Source: Octopus vulgaris (Eukaryota). Taken from it: a stretch of 64,000 nucleotides of DNA. Position numbers and translations under genes: made by a program. How positions within the stretch are numbered: position 1 is the first letter of the stretch; each line of letters starts with the position of its first letter. Location: positions 109,120,001-109,184,000 of the forward strand of contig OX597818.1 in NCBI GenBank assembly GCA_951406725.2, read 5' to 3'. The notes beneath the pieces were generated by a model, which was not told where the DNA came from, did not search any database, and saw only the letters and a program-made list of their open reading frames with translations. Below, piece by piece: positions 51,341 through 63,956 of this stretch.

Positions 51341-51587
51341 GCTAATTCCATTCTAACACCACAAGTTCATGGATTTTAATATACTAAAATATTTATAATA
51401 GATTAAGAAAGAAAGAGAGTAAATACATAACTGGTGTGTGTGTGTGTTGAAATTACACAAAAAGTTAGAGGTGTATATCATGGATCACAACTTTTTGTGA
51501 TTTTACTCACCTCAAACTAGTTAGGAAATCTGCTAAACAACTTCAAAGATCTCTCTCTAAACACACACACATGCAATTACATATATA

Positions 51588-51639
<52 letters not shown>

Positions 51640-51649
51640 AAGGCACAGA

Positions 51650-51812
51650 TGGACTTCTTTCAGTTTCTGTCAACAATTTCACTCACAAGGCTTTGGTCAG
51701 CCCAGGACTATAGTACAAAGACACTTGCCCAAGGTGCCACACAATGGGACCGAACCCCAAATCAAGTGGCTGGGAAGGAAATTTCATAACCATACATCCA
51801 TGCCTGCACCTG
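51650..51812 (-). mobile_element. SINE family A, 5' half
   Basis: Shared motifs. Confidence 0.7.
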
Positions 51813-52099
51813 TAAATTCACGCGCGCGCGCGCGCACACACACACACACATACATACACACATGTATGATTCAACAGCACAGTAGTATATCAAAGTCCAT
51901 ATCACAGTGGTGTATCAGCGACGCAATCTCAAAGGCAAAAGTAAACAATTTGTAGTGTATTGATTTATACAGCAATGACAAATGTCTGTGTTGTTTAGTT
52001 CTCAGGACAAGAGAGAGCGAAACCAATCACAGTAATGGATGGGCAACATCAACTTACAGTAAAAGAGAGTTCAATTATGTGAAACATTAAATGTACCTC

Positions 52100-52102
<3 letters not shown>

Positions 52103-52142
<40 letters not shown>

Positions 52143-52157
52143 GTGTGTGTGTGTGTT

Positions 52158-52204
<47 letters not shown>
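52103..52204 (+). repeat. (GT)n microsatellite
   Basis: Direct observation. Confidence 0.95.
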
Positions 52205-52206
<2 letters not shown>

Positions 52207-52604
52207 TATAAGAGTATGATAGTATGGTAAGTGGAGGAGTGAGTGTGACAGTGTAACTAATACACTGGATAGAATTGCTGCATAATAGGGACATATCTCT
52301 CCCTTTCTCTGCCTATGTCAGTGCCTCTGTAATAATTTGTAAATACATGTGCATGACTATGTACATCTGTATTTGGGTTATTAGTTTCTGTATGTTCTAT
52401 GCTGCATGCAACTCTTTGCAATATGTGCAGCAATGTTGCAGAAAAAAAAAAAGAAACAAATTTACAACTCCAACTCCCTAAATTACAGTTATTCTAGGAA
52501 CCGCCCCTCCCTCTCTCAGCTTCATTCAATGCTTGACTACATTAAACCATACATAATGGTATTCTTTCACTGCCTAGGTCTCTAAGCTGGTCACTTGTGT
52601 ATGG

Positions 52605-52925
52605 AGGGGGAGAAGAGAAGAGAGTAAGAGAGCAAAAAGAGAGAGGGAGAGAGAAAGAGGAGGAGAAAGAGAGAATGAGAGTGAGAGAGAAAGGGGAGGA
52701 GAGAGAATGAGAGTGAGAGAGAAAGGGGAGGAGAAAGAGAGAATGAGAGTGAGAGACAGGCACACAGACAGACAGAAGAGAGTAACATGAGACAGAAAGA
52801 GAGGAATGAAGTCAGTCAGATGAAACGAAAGAGAAGAGGCAGAGTGAGAGAGAGAGAGATACAAACGCAAAGAAAGAGATGTGGGAGAGATGAAATAGTG
52901 GGAAGGAGATGAGAATGGAAACAAG
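52605..52925 (+). repeat. Purine-rich low-complexity tract with short tandem units (GAGAGAATGAGAGTGAGAGAGAAAGGGGAG)
   Basis: Direct observation. Confidence 0.85.
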
Positions 52926-53389
52926 AAGCACATTGGAACTTTTGGAGCACTTCAAAAGTTTTTCTAACCCCTAGACTGTTTGTCCTTCGTTCATTCTGTT
53001 TTTTCTGCACTGGCACATGTTGGACAGGTACATAATTGCATAATATAGACAGGTACATAATTACAGTTGAATGCTCTACCTGTCACAAACCTTCACCAGT
53101 TTCACAAGTTAGGGATTCTTTTATTCAGCCAGTTCAAGAATGAGAGACACAAAATGTAATGTGCACCAGGAAGGAACATAACATCATCACCGTTTTTATT
53201 TGTGCTCTATCATGCAGACATGGATCAGACCAGATTCAATGAGAATGACTCTCTAATACTGGTGGCTCCATCTATCACCAGACCTCACATTTCCAAGTTA
53301 AGTTATATTCCAATAATCTTTAGAACACAATCACATTGATGGACATGTCTTCACAACAAATAAATGGCAGCATTTTGGAATGAATAGTG

Positions 53390-54005
53390 ACTTTTATCCC
53401 TTCTTTCAGTCATCAGACTGTGGCCATGCAGGAGTACCCCTATGAAGTATTTCAGTCAAACAAATCAACTCCAGTACTTATTGCTTTTAAGCCTGGTACT
53501 TATTTTATCAGTCTCTTTTGCCATACTGTTAAGTTATGGGGACAAAAACACATGCACGCAAGTGTGTGCGCACACACACACACTAACTGGTTTCATTCAG
53601 TTTGCATCTACCAAATCCACTCACAAGGTTTTGGTTGGCTCCAAGCTGTAGAGCGGAAGACACTTGCTCAGGTGTCACAGTGAAACTGAATCTGGGGGAC
53701 CTGGTTAGGAAGCAAACTTCTTACCACACAGCCGTACCTTTGTGAAGAAACTGTGTGTAATGACAAGAAAGGGCACAGAATCATATGCACATGTGCATGC
53801 AATCATGCATTCTTGTACACACACACCTTCACATGCAGGTCAACGTACTTCTTTCCAGTTTCTGTCTACCAAATTCACTTACAAGGAATTTGTTAACCCA
53901 AAGCTATAATAGAAGACACTTTGCCAAGGTGCTGGGCAGTAGGTTTGAACCCAGAATCACACAGTTGCAAAGCAAAGTTTTTAACCACAGAGCCATGTCT
54001 GCATT
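53390..54005 (-). mobile_element. Two degenerate SINE family A copies (53390-53735 and 53845-54005)
   Basis: Shared motifs. Confidence 0.7.
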
Positions 54006-54529
54006 TTGCATGCATTATGGAACCATTGCATTCTTGAAAAAAATGCCATAACATGGAATCCCCTCCTGCGAGACCCATTTTACCATTAACTTCTTTGTCA
54101 TGTTACATTGAGATCAAAGGGAAATTAGGTGTCCAATTACTGAACTCTATACAACAGCAAAATATTAAGAAACAGAAAGCTTTCATAGTGCAGGGAACAC
54201 ACATGCATCCTTTTGTCTTCAAACTAAAGTTGTTTCTTTTTTTCTTCTTTGTAAGCCTTAATTTTGATTCTTGGTCGAATTTCTTTTGTTTTTGTTCCAC
54301 TTACATTCTTTCATCAAAAACCAATGTTTTCCCTACCTTAACTGCATCTGCCTAAACCATGCAAGCTTCTATGTGTCTGTGGATCTATGAGAAACGGGAA
54401 CCAAATTTCTCTTAAATCAATTTAGTGATTGATTTAAGAGAGATTTGGTGCTTTGAAAATAGATAATGTAGTCTTAGATACATAAAATCCAAAACTTCCT
54501 AACAAGGATCAAAATAAAAATCGTATGGA

Positions 54530-55086
54530 TATTGTAGTTGTAATACCCATGCCAGTGGCACACAGGACCTCACAGAGGAAATGATGAAGACCAAGACCCC
54601 TGAGATATGCTGTGACTGTGAAGACCTGACAAATGAAATGAGTTTATGGCTCGCAGGACAGCCACTGTGCTAACCTTGGATCGTAGAGTGACCTGCTGTT
54701 CTTGAGGAAACCTATTGAGTCAAGTACGTCAACATCAAAATGAAAATCAAATGGAAATTGTAGTTAAGATACCCGTGCCGGTGACACATAAAAAGCACCA
54801 TCCGAATGTGGCAGGTGCCAGCACCGCCTGACTGGCGTCCGTATTGGTGACACGTAAAAGCACCAACCGATTGTGGGCGTTTGCCAGCCTGCTCTGGCCC
54901 CTGTGCTGGTGGCACATAAAAACCACCCACTACACTCATGGAGTGGTTGGTGCTAGGAAGGGCATCCAGCCGTAGAAACACTGCCAAATCAAACCAGAGC
55001 CTGGTGCAGCCTCCATGGCTTACCAGACCCCGATCGAACCATCCAACCCATGCTAGCATGGAAAACAGACGTTAAATGATGATGAT
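54530..55086 (+). mobile_element. Family B, long copy
   Basis: Subrepeats and (GAT)n tail. The 5' part resembles an RTE ORF2 C-terminus (DLTEEMM...RYAVTVKT). Confidence 0.8.
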
Positions 55087-56389
55087 GTTAATTGGAAGCT
55101 TTAATAATGAATTCTATTTTCATAACTTTGTTGAAAATACTGTGCATGTTGTACACGTATTATGCTTTTAGACAACTTTTCAAACTTTTTCAGGACTTTA
55201 GGGGTAAAAGTAAAAATTAAAAGCCAAACAAAACAACAATCTTATAATAATTTTTTTTTTTTTTTTTAATCAACATGACTTCCACTGAACATATTTTTCT
55301 TCTTAAGCATGTTGATGATGGCTAATTATATTCTTTCTTTTCTTTTTGTCTGGCAGGGTATCTCATTAAACAAAGCTGTAGCATTCCACCACACACACAC
55401 CTTTTGTTATGCATTATGAAGTAGGAAATAATTATAATGGCTCATTAGATAATTATGCTGACCAATAAATGTTTCACGGATTCTCTTTGCAAACTGCTCA
55501 TAACCACGGATAACCACAGAACTCCCAGTTATCTCGACATATTTGTTTATCTTTAGTCATATACTTATGCCTACATTTGAAAGTAAAAATAGAAATAGCT
55601 TAAAGAAAGCTTTTTTGTTCAATGTTTTATAAAAATTTTCACTTATTTTCATTTTAAATATAAAATGTTCATGACCTGTACATTCTAGATTCAGTTCTAC
55701 CGAACTGTTTCATAACCTTTCATAATCAATGCCATAGGGGCCTACACTTCTTGCAAACAAACAGTCGTCTCATTTGATGAGTTAAAGGAAAAATAGTTTT
55801 TAAAAAATTTTATTTTTTATTCTTAAGCACTGAGAAAGAGAGACAAAAGAGTGAGATAATGAAAAAAAAAAAAGATTATCCTAAACATAGCTTCTAAACT
55901 CCTGGGCCCAAACCCCATCTGTCTTTTACACTGTTTACATCACTGCTATGAGGGCATCTCTTCCATTCATTTTCTTTCTCCCGTGTTTTGTTTCCTTTCT
56001 GCTTCTCTCTCTCTCTCTCTCTCATCACACATACATATCTTCAAACTAGCATTCATAATCACCTATGAAACATCCAGCTTCAGTATACAGCCCATACACA
56101 GCAAGACCACAAGTACTACTACCCTCAGCCATCCGTCTTTACAAATTCCATTTGTACACACACACACACACTTTTCTAGCTTTGCATTGCTAAATCATTT
56201 TTCTTTTGTCCATTTGGCTTCTCCCCCCCCCCAACACAATAGCTTCTTTAGAATGGGTATAATTCGAAAGGTTATGACAACAAAATCTTGTAAGCTTAGA
56301 TATACCCTTTCAACTAAAACAACAAATTAAGAAGTTTTTCCATAGTTCAATTAACTAAAGGTCAACTTTATTTTTAACTAATGTCGTCT

Positions 56390-56705
56390 CTCTTTTACTT
56401 GTTCCAGTCATTAGACTGCAACCCTGCTTGGGCACCACCTTGAAGGAATTTTCAGTCAAAAGAGTCAAACTCAATAAATTCTTGTGTTTTTTTAAAAAGT
56501 CTGGTTCTTATTCTAGTGGTCTCTTTTGCTAAACCACAAACTTACAGGGATGTAAACATACCAACACTGGCTGTCAAGCAGTGATGGGGAACAAATACAC
56601 ACACACACACAATGGGTTTCTTCCAATTTCTGTCAACTAAATCCACTGACAGGGCTTTGGTTGGCCTGAGGTCATAGAAGAAAATATCAGCCCATGGTGC
56701 CATGC
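56390..56705 (-). mobile_element. SINE family A, degenerate
   Basis: Shared motifs. Confidence 0.7.
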
Positions 56706-56980
56706 AAGTGATAATAAGATGATCACATATAATCCATACATCTGGAAACAGAATTTTTCTAAGGATATTGTTACATTTTTACTATCAAATCTCTCATCAA
56801 TCAAAAATATTAAAAAAGGTATTTTGCTGTAGTACATGATCTCATTACTAGGCTAATATTGTAACTTTGCATGTGCTATACACACTGTTTAAGTGGTTGC
56901 TATTAGTTCAATATCTGAGCTTGGCTATTTAGCTGAATAAGGCTTCTGGATGTGAAGAATTGCCACGTGACTATAGCTAT

Positions 56981-57212
56981 AAGGCGGCGAGCTGGCAGAA
57001 ACGTTAGCACACCGGGCGAAATGCGTAGCCGTATTTCGTCTGCCGTTACGTTCTGAGTTCAAATTCCGCCGAGGTCGACTTTGCCTTTCATCCTTTCGGG
57101 GTCGATTAAAGAAGTACCAGTTACGCACTGGGGTCGATGTAATCGACTTAATCCGTTTGTCTGTCCTTGTTTGTCCCCTCTGTGTTTAGCCCTTGTGGGT
57201 AGTAAAGAAATA
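56981..57212 (+). mobile_element. SINE family C, young full-length copy
   Basis: Highly similar to 5508-5738. TSD GACTATAGCT at 56969-56978 and 57213-57222. Confidence 0.9.
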
Positions 57213-57671
57213 GACTATAGCTTTACTTGAATAAACTTAGTACGACATGAAAACAACATCACTAGTCAAGAATAACAAGATTCCTCTCAATTACCCAGAT
57301 ATGATAGAAAGTTGGCTGCAATACTTTGCTGCTACAGCATGAATAAAGCGGCTCCTGCATGCTAACATTAAAAACAAATAATAGATTTATTTAATCAAAA
57401 GCATATATAATTGCAATTTGAAAAGTTTCTGTTATGGTGAATCTCAGGAAGTGGAAGAAATGAATTTAGTAGATTAAGATCAGCGATAATGTCACCAGTT
57501 GTTCCCCAAAGAAATTCATAAGTGCTGAGAGTGTCAGGTTCTTATCAAAACCTCAAAATCTAACCAATCCAAATTTATTATTAGAGGTTATGTAAGTCAA
57601 CTTCTTTTGGTGAATTTGAAAAACTGGAATCAAAAAATGAATTATAGAAAATATCATTATTCAAATGTAAC

Positions 57672-57717
<46 letters not shown>

Positions 57718-58219
57718 TGTAAAATCATATCTTCATAATGCACCCTGAGCTTTATGTTTCCAATGGATACAGTCTACAGCATGAAATGATTTCTAAATTT
57801 CAAATGATTGAGAAAAAATGTAAACGTAATGTAGATGATGTCACTATGTTACTAGAAAGGAATAACAATCTGATTCTAAAATAATACATTTAAGAATCTA
57901 AGTAGGCACCGTAAAAATCCCCTGCATTTTGTAAAATGTGAAAAAAATCAACCACTTTATGGCAGCATGAAAATCCAAACAAGTTAAGGAAATACAAAAT
58001 TATCCTGGAAATATTTAGAAAATGTGAATGAAAATACTACAATGATGAACATGAAATTCAAATAACTATAACAGCTCAGAACTTCTGGATTGATTTGATA
58101 AAGCAAAGTTAAAGTAAGCTAAAACATTCTAATAGATTACTTGTTGAAATTTTGCAAGCAACAGAATGGAAACTGGTAAGAGGATAGGTGTTGTGAGTGC
58201 CACTGCTTCCGTATGTGTA

Positions 58220-58260
<41 letters not shown>

Positions 58261-59758
58261 TGCTTTCATATAGAAGTTGATAAATGTTTATAGCTGAAAT
58301 GTAAATTAATGGGATTGAAATTCCAGGACAATTTGAGACATTAAACTGCTTAAGGGTTAATATTTTCTCAAAGGAAATATTAAGTCATGTTGTTTTGAGG
58401 CGAGACCATTACCAATAAACATTAAATCATTACTCATAAACAAAACCGAGGGATCTAATTTATGAAGGCTTTTAGAAAAAGTGCCTTTATGTGAGAGCAA
58501 ATGGATCGCCTTTAGTGGATATGCAAAAATAAGATGAAGTTCTCAGAACATGTGGAGATCATAAATTATGTGTAAATGAAAGAATTTGTTTGGATACTTA
58601 TCTAATTCTAAAAATTGAATCAATGTTTCATTCTCTTTGTAGCATGAAAAGCATTGCCAAATTGGATTGGTAGGGTGGTGGGACATATCAGTAGATAGAA
58701 ATGCATTCTGAAGCAAGAGAGGTTACAATGAAAGATACACAGGGGTCTCTTAAGGCAGACACATCTTCCATATGGAATTACTAACAACCAGTACTATGTT
58801 TCAGAAAGCAGTTGAATATGATGGTGAAAATAAGGGTGCTAATGTTATTATTTATGAAGATGATATATGTAATGGTGCTAGAACTGTTAAAAGTCTACAT
58901 ATCAAGGTCGATAAGATCGTGGAAAAAGTGTTGGGCATGGTGGTCACTTGAATTAAGCCTGTGATGACTGATGTAAAATACAGACTGAGAAAAGAGGTTA
59001 GTCAATAGGTCATTGTTTCTTAGCAAGGATTATAAATATAAAACTACCAGAGGATAAGAAACACTTTGAATTTATTCTTAGGCTAGGCAATTTATATATA
59101 TGGATATATATATATATATATTGTTATATTTCGGAATGGTCATATTGCCAGTTTAGCCAATAAAAACACACGCACTATATATTTGGTGTTATTTTGCTTC
59201 AGTGATATTTATTTTTTACATTAATCTTAATCTTATTTCGGCCAAAGTTCTTTCGTCACACTCCTGTGACCGCATCAGTGGTCCTTTGTTTTCTTCTCAC
59301 TTACTTGTGTCTCTCCTTACTAACCGTCAGCCATTTTGTATTTCTATTGTATGTCTTCATTTGCGCATGCTTATATCTCTATGTGCGTCTATGTTTATTT
59401 AGTGTGTGTGGGGGGGGATGCCTGTAATATTTGTATCTTCTGGTTATATACATTCTTGTAATTTGTATTTTGTTTTTGTTGTTGTTGCTTTTGTTCTAAT
59501 TTTGTTCATGTGTTTACATCCACCCATTATTATCATTACATATGCTTGTATGTATGTATAACAACAATATTAGTAATAATAATAATAAATCTAATCGAAA
59601 AAAAAAAAAAAAAAAGAATATACATATACATATATATATATACATACATATACATATACATATATATGCATATATACACACATATATACACATATAGATA
59701 TTCATTTCTATTTCTTTAATTACCTGTGTATTTATTATGTTTGCAGGATTCACTATTG

Positions 59759-60749
59759 TCATATGTTGTGGTGTGCGCTATTGCTCCATTCTAGTTTTCT
59801 ATTCAGGCTAGGTTTATTTTCTATTATATGTGTAGCTTCTGTAATTTGTCTAATTGTTGCATCTGTTCTATGTGTGGACAATATCTTAATCTCTATGTTA
59901 TTGATTGATCCCCCGTGTTCTTGTTCGGCGTGTTGGTACAGAATCGATGAGCTTTTACCTTCCTTGAGTTGTCTCCAATGTTCATTCACCCGCTCACCAA
60001 TGCTTCTTGCAGTTTCCCCTACGTATGTTACTGTCTTGTTACTGCATCGTCCCTCTATACATCTTATACTATAGACCACATTTCTGGCTTTACAGTTCGT
60101 TTGTGGGCTAAATCTACATACAGTGCAATAGTTATCCGTACAGAGAGTTCTACTAAAAGGATAGCTTCTACCAATTATAGATCTGATAGGGTTGCCTGGC
60201 TTTTCAACAACCTTAATTCTTAGTTTAAGTTTATCTAGGGTCCTTCTAAAGCGGTACGCTAGTTCACCTCCAGGGGTGGTGTCAACGAACATGACACTCT
60301 GGTATTTATGGCTATCATACCAAGAGTTGGCCTTCCCTATTTTCTTTTTTGTCCTTTCTATAGCGTTCCATGACTTGTTCCTATAGAGTGGGCAAATCCC
60401 ATTCCTATCATTACATAATATATTATAAACTTTCTTCATGGCTCCTTTGTATACTCTGATCCTTTCTTTATGGCTGTAACCTGAGAACTGCATGCGGTGA
60501 ATGAAATACTGTATGTGTCTCTTTAATTCTGTAGGCTCGCACATGCGTGACACATTTCTCATTATTCTGACGAGGTCTGCCATCAAAATATTGAATTTGG
60601 CATTGCCCGCAATGGCTGAGTTCCGGTGGATCAGGTATTTTGAGGCCATAGGTTTTGCATAGTATGAATGAAGGATTTGGGTTTTATTTTTCACAATTTC
60701 TAGCCAGAGTTCAGTGTCTAGTACTGGTAGTCTATGGTTGGGGTGTTTA
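59759..60749 (-). pseudogene. PLE ORF C-terminus: end of RT/thumb, Cys-rich linker and GIY-YIG endonuclease
   Basis: LPVLDTELW, YAKPMAS, RMQFSGY, CxxxxCxxC, NVVYSIRC...YVGETARSIGERVNEH...EATHI...LN. The frame is uninterrupted but the RT catalytic core is missing. Confidence 0.9.
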
Positions 60750-61084
60750 GTAAAGCCAGAAATGTGGTCTATAGTATAAGATGTATAGAGGGACGATGCA
60801 GTAACAAGACAGTAACATACGTAGGGGAAACTGCAAGAAGCATTGGTGAGCGGGTGAATGAACATTGGAGACAACTCAAGGAAGGTAAAAGCTCATCGAT
60901 TCTGTACCAACACGCCGAACAAGAACACGGGGGATCAATCAATAACATAGAGATTAAGATATTGTCCACACATAGAACAGATGCAACAATTAGACAAATT
61001 ACAGAAGCTACACATATAATAGAAAATAAACCTAGCCTGAATAGAAAACTAGAATGGAGCAATAGCGCACACCACAACATATGA
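60750..61084 (+). pseudogene. Inverted duplicate of the GIY-YIG domain
   Basis: Peptide identical to the last ~110 aa of the minus-strand ORF. Confidence 0.9.
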
Positions 61085-61562
61085 CAATAGTGGATCCTGC
61101 AAACATAATAAATACACAGGTAATTAAAGAAATAGAAATGAATATCTATATGTGTATATATGTGTGTATATATGCATATATATGTATATGTATATGTATG
61201 TATATATATATATGTATATGTATATTCTTTTTTTTTTTTTTTTTTCGATTAGATTTATTATTATTATTACTAATATTGTTGTTATACATACATACAAGCA
61301 TATGTAATGATAATAATGGGTGGATGTAAACACATGAACAAAATTAGAACAAAAGCAACAACAACAAAAACAAAATACAAATTACAAGAATGTATATAAC
61401 CAGAAGATACAAATATTACAGGCATCCCCCCCACACACACACTAAATAAACATAGACGCACATAGAGATATAAGCATGCGCAAATGAAGACATACAATAG
61501 AAATACAAAATGGCTGACGGTTAGTAAGGAGAGACACAAGTAAGTGAGAAGAAAACAAAGGA

Positions 61563-61608
61563 CCACTGATGCGGTCACAGGAGTGTGACGAAAGAACTTT
61601 GGCCGAAA
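61563..61608 (+). ncRNA. Hammerhead-like motif with a non-canonical core (mirror copy at 59236-59281, minus)
   Basis: CCA-CTGATGC-G-GTCAC(aggagt)GTGAC-GAAA...TGG, at the usual pLTR position. A9 is replaced by C and stem III is unclear. Confidence 0.4.
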
Positions 61609-61779
61609 TAAGATTAAGATTAATGTAAAAAATAAATATCACTGAAGCAAAATAACACCAAATATATAGTGCGTGTGTTTTTATTGGCTAAACTGGCAAT
61701 ATGACCATTCCGAAATATAACAATATCTGTTTCAACACACGACTTCACATAAAAAATCTTGCACAACAAATATTTAAAC

Positions 61780-61827
<48 letters not shown>

Positions 61828-62611
61828 ATATGCATATGTATATATGCATATATATATTTTATATATATATATATATATAAAGTGGAAAGAGCTAAATCAG
61901 ATATACCCAAGATGACCATCTTGCATTGTCAAGACCAATCCCTAACTACTACTGAAACAACATACTCAAATATCAAAGGAGAAGCTTTGGCAATAGCATG
62001 ATGCCCTGCAAGAATACAGCATTTACAGCTTTGGAAGAAATTTGAATTGGTTTTAAATCAGGGTCCACTAGAAGTCATTTTTAGCGAAAATTGTGATTTA
62101 CAGAAAATAACATTTGTACAATATTTTAAGATGGGCCTTACACATAATAGTATTTGATAACGAAATATATCATGAAATACTACATGACATAATTGTAGTT
62201 TGGATGGCTTAAACCATGATGATAATGATGATGATGACTTTTCCATCTGTTCATGTTCTGAAAGATGTGGATGTTATAAAATAAGAAAATATAAAGTCAG
62301 AGACCGCCACTGATAATATTTTATCATGTATATTAAAAAGGATTTCTCATAATAATTGCAGTTATTGTTCTGTTGAAAGACCATTTTAATCATTGAAAGT
62401 AAGTTAAAAGTTTAAGATGGTATTTTGTGTAATGGAAAATTAATCATTCCAGCGATCTGTTGGAACTTTAACAATAAAACTATGACAATGTACAATGGAG
62501 CTCACAAGCAACAATGAATCTCTTGAAATTAGAAGTATTGTGGACAAAAATTTATAAAAAGATGTCCAATATGTGCTGGAATAAAACCAGACTTACTTCA
62601 CACAAAAAAGC

Positions 62612-62760
62612 ATGTGCCCTGGCCTAGTGGTTAAGGTGTTAAGCTCATGATCATAAGGTGATAGGTTCAACCTCTAGACTGGACAGCACAGTGTCTTCTT
62701 GAGCAAAATTCCTTAATTCACATTCATCTCAGCAACTCAATTAAAAATAAGTACCAACCC
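62612..62760 (+). mobile_element. SINE family D-like, degenerate
   Basis: TGGCCTAGTGGTTAAGG A box, GGTTCAAC B box and CTTGAGCAAAA CORE-like segment. Confidence 0.6.
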
Positions 62761-63554
62761 AGTACTGTCACACCCTAAATGCTAGGAACAGAGTTGGAGG
62801 ACTCAAATATTGTATGCGTTCACTCACAACTACACAGGTATCTAAAGCAGTCAGTAACAGCAAGGTGCAAGCTACCAAGTGATGGCTATGCTTTACTTTA
62901 CACCTAAACATGACAAAGTAATTAAGACAAAGATATTATATCCATAGAGAGCACAGAACTGTTCTTAAAACATGTCCATGAGTAATCAAGGGCTGAAGTA
63001 ATATGAACCAACAACAATTGGCGATTCTAATAATCAGATAACACAAAAATGGATTCTAATGATAAGGATGAAGATGTGGCATAGCTAATACAGTTTGGCT
63101 CATAAGTGCTTATGAGATGTCAAAGTTCTTCGAATTATGTTGCATCGATACTATCACAAAATTCGAAGATGTAATATGTTCTAAAATTCAAGATTATTCA
63201 GTTGAACATTTAAAATGCTCTGCTGAATAAATATCTAAACATAAAGTAGGGACACAAGTGTTAAAATGGATATAAATATAAATATATATATATATATATC
63301 TCCACCAAGTATTTGAGCTACATGTTTTTGAGTTATCAGCCAAGCTCTCACCCATAAAGACTTCTCAGTCCATCAGCTTTGATGAGTAGACAAATACAAT
63401 CACCAGATCTGATTTGCCAGAGACAGAGAAAAGTAAAATGAACCATATCACGGTAGACATATATCTCATGTGGGTAATAAAAAGCTGTGAATCTTAAGTG
63501 AACAGGGATATATTAGATTATGGAAATCAAATAAACAAAGACACAAAATATTAT

Positions 63555-63956
63555 GGCCGAGTTCCTCTCAAGCATTGGGCCTGACGGAGATAAAGTGGCT
63601 GAGTTCCTTTCAAGTGTTGCACCTCACAGAGGCAATAACCAAGACCTTTGGCATTATGTCATGCTTGAGAAGAAGACCCATCAAGCCTAGCAAAATCGTA
63701 GTTATGGCAGATACCAGTGTCATGTAAATTGGCCGGTGGCACATAGATGCATCCCAGTGTCACACAAATAGCACCCATGGTGGTGGCACGCAAAGGCACC
63801 CATTGTGCTCTCGGAGAGGTAGGCAATAGGAAGGGCATCCAGCCACAGAAAACCATGCCAAATCAGACTGGAGTTTGGTGCAGCCTTCTAGCGTGCAAGC
63901 CCTGTCAAACTGTCCAACCCATGCCAGCATGGACAATGGACGTTAAATGATGATGA
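63555..63956 (+). mobile_element. Family B, long copy
   Basis: Shared motifs and (GAT)n tail. The 5' part translates VLHLTEAIT / DLWHYVMLEKKT. Confidence 0.8.

Larger units (their letters stand above)
59118..61780 (-). mobile_element. Young Penelope-like element, 5'-truncated, with an inverted duplication of its 3' region
   Basis: Arms 59118-60093 and 60750-61726 are near-identical reverse complements around a 656-bp spacer. A unique 54-bp extension occupies 61727-61780. Flanked by (TA)n. Confidence 0.92.
57900..62590 (+). mobile_element. Heavily decayed Ty3/Gypsy LTR retrotransposon gag-pol remnant, interrupted at ~59100-61875
   Basis: Motifs occur in Gypsy order: gag knuckle remnant (~57920-57970); RT (SKWIA, LRTCGDHK...VN, AKLD, LPYGI at 58765, IYEDDI at 58850, FLGL at ~59074); RNase H (SLTTTETTYSNIKGEALAI at ~61940); integrase zinc finger (IKRCPIC at ~62555). 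LTRs were not identified. Confidence 0.8.

Noticed and set aside
59118-60749. Selenoprotein/SECIS features reported for some PLEs
   Set aside because: No in-frame internal TGA in the retained ORF and no SECIS I can support by eye. A SECIS search on full-length copies would be needed.
60750-60874. N-terminus of the 371-aa minus ORF
   Set aside because: It is antisense of the inverted arm. The real PLE protein starts at the junction near 60749, so the ORF is chimeric and not full-length.
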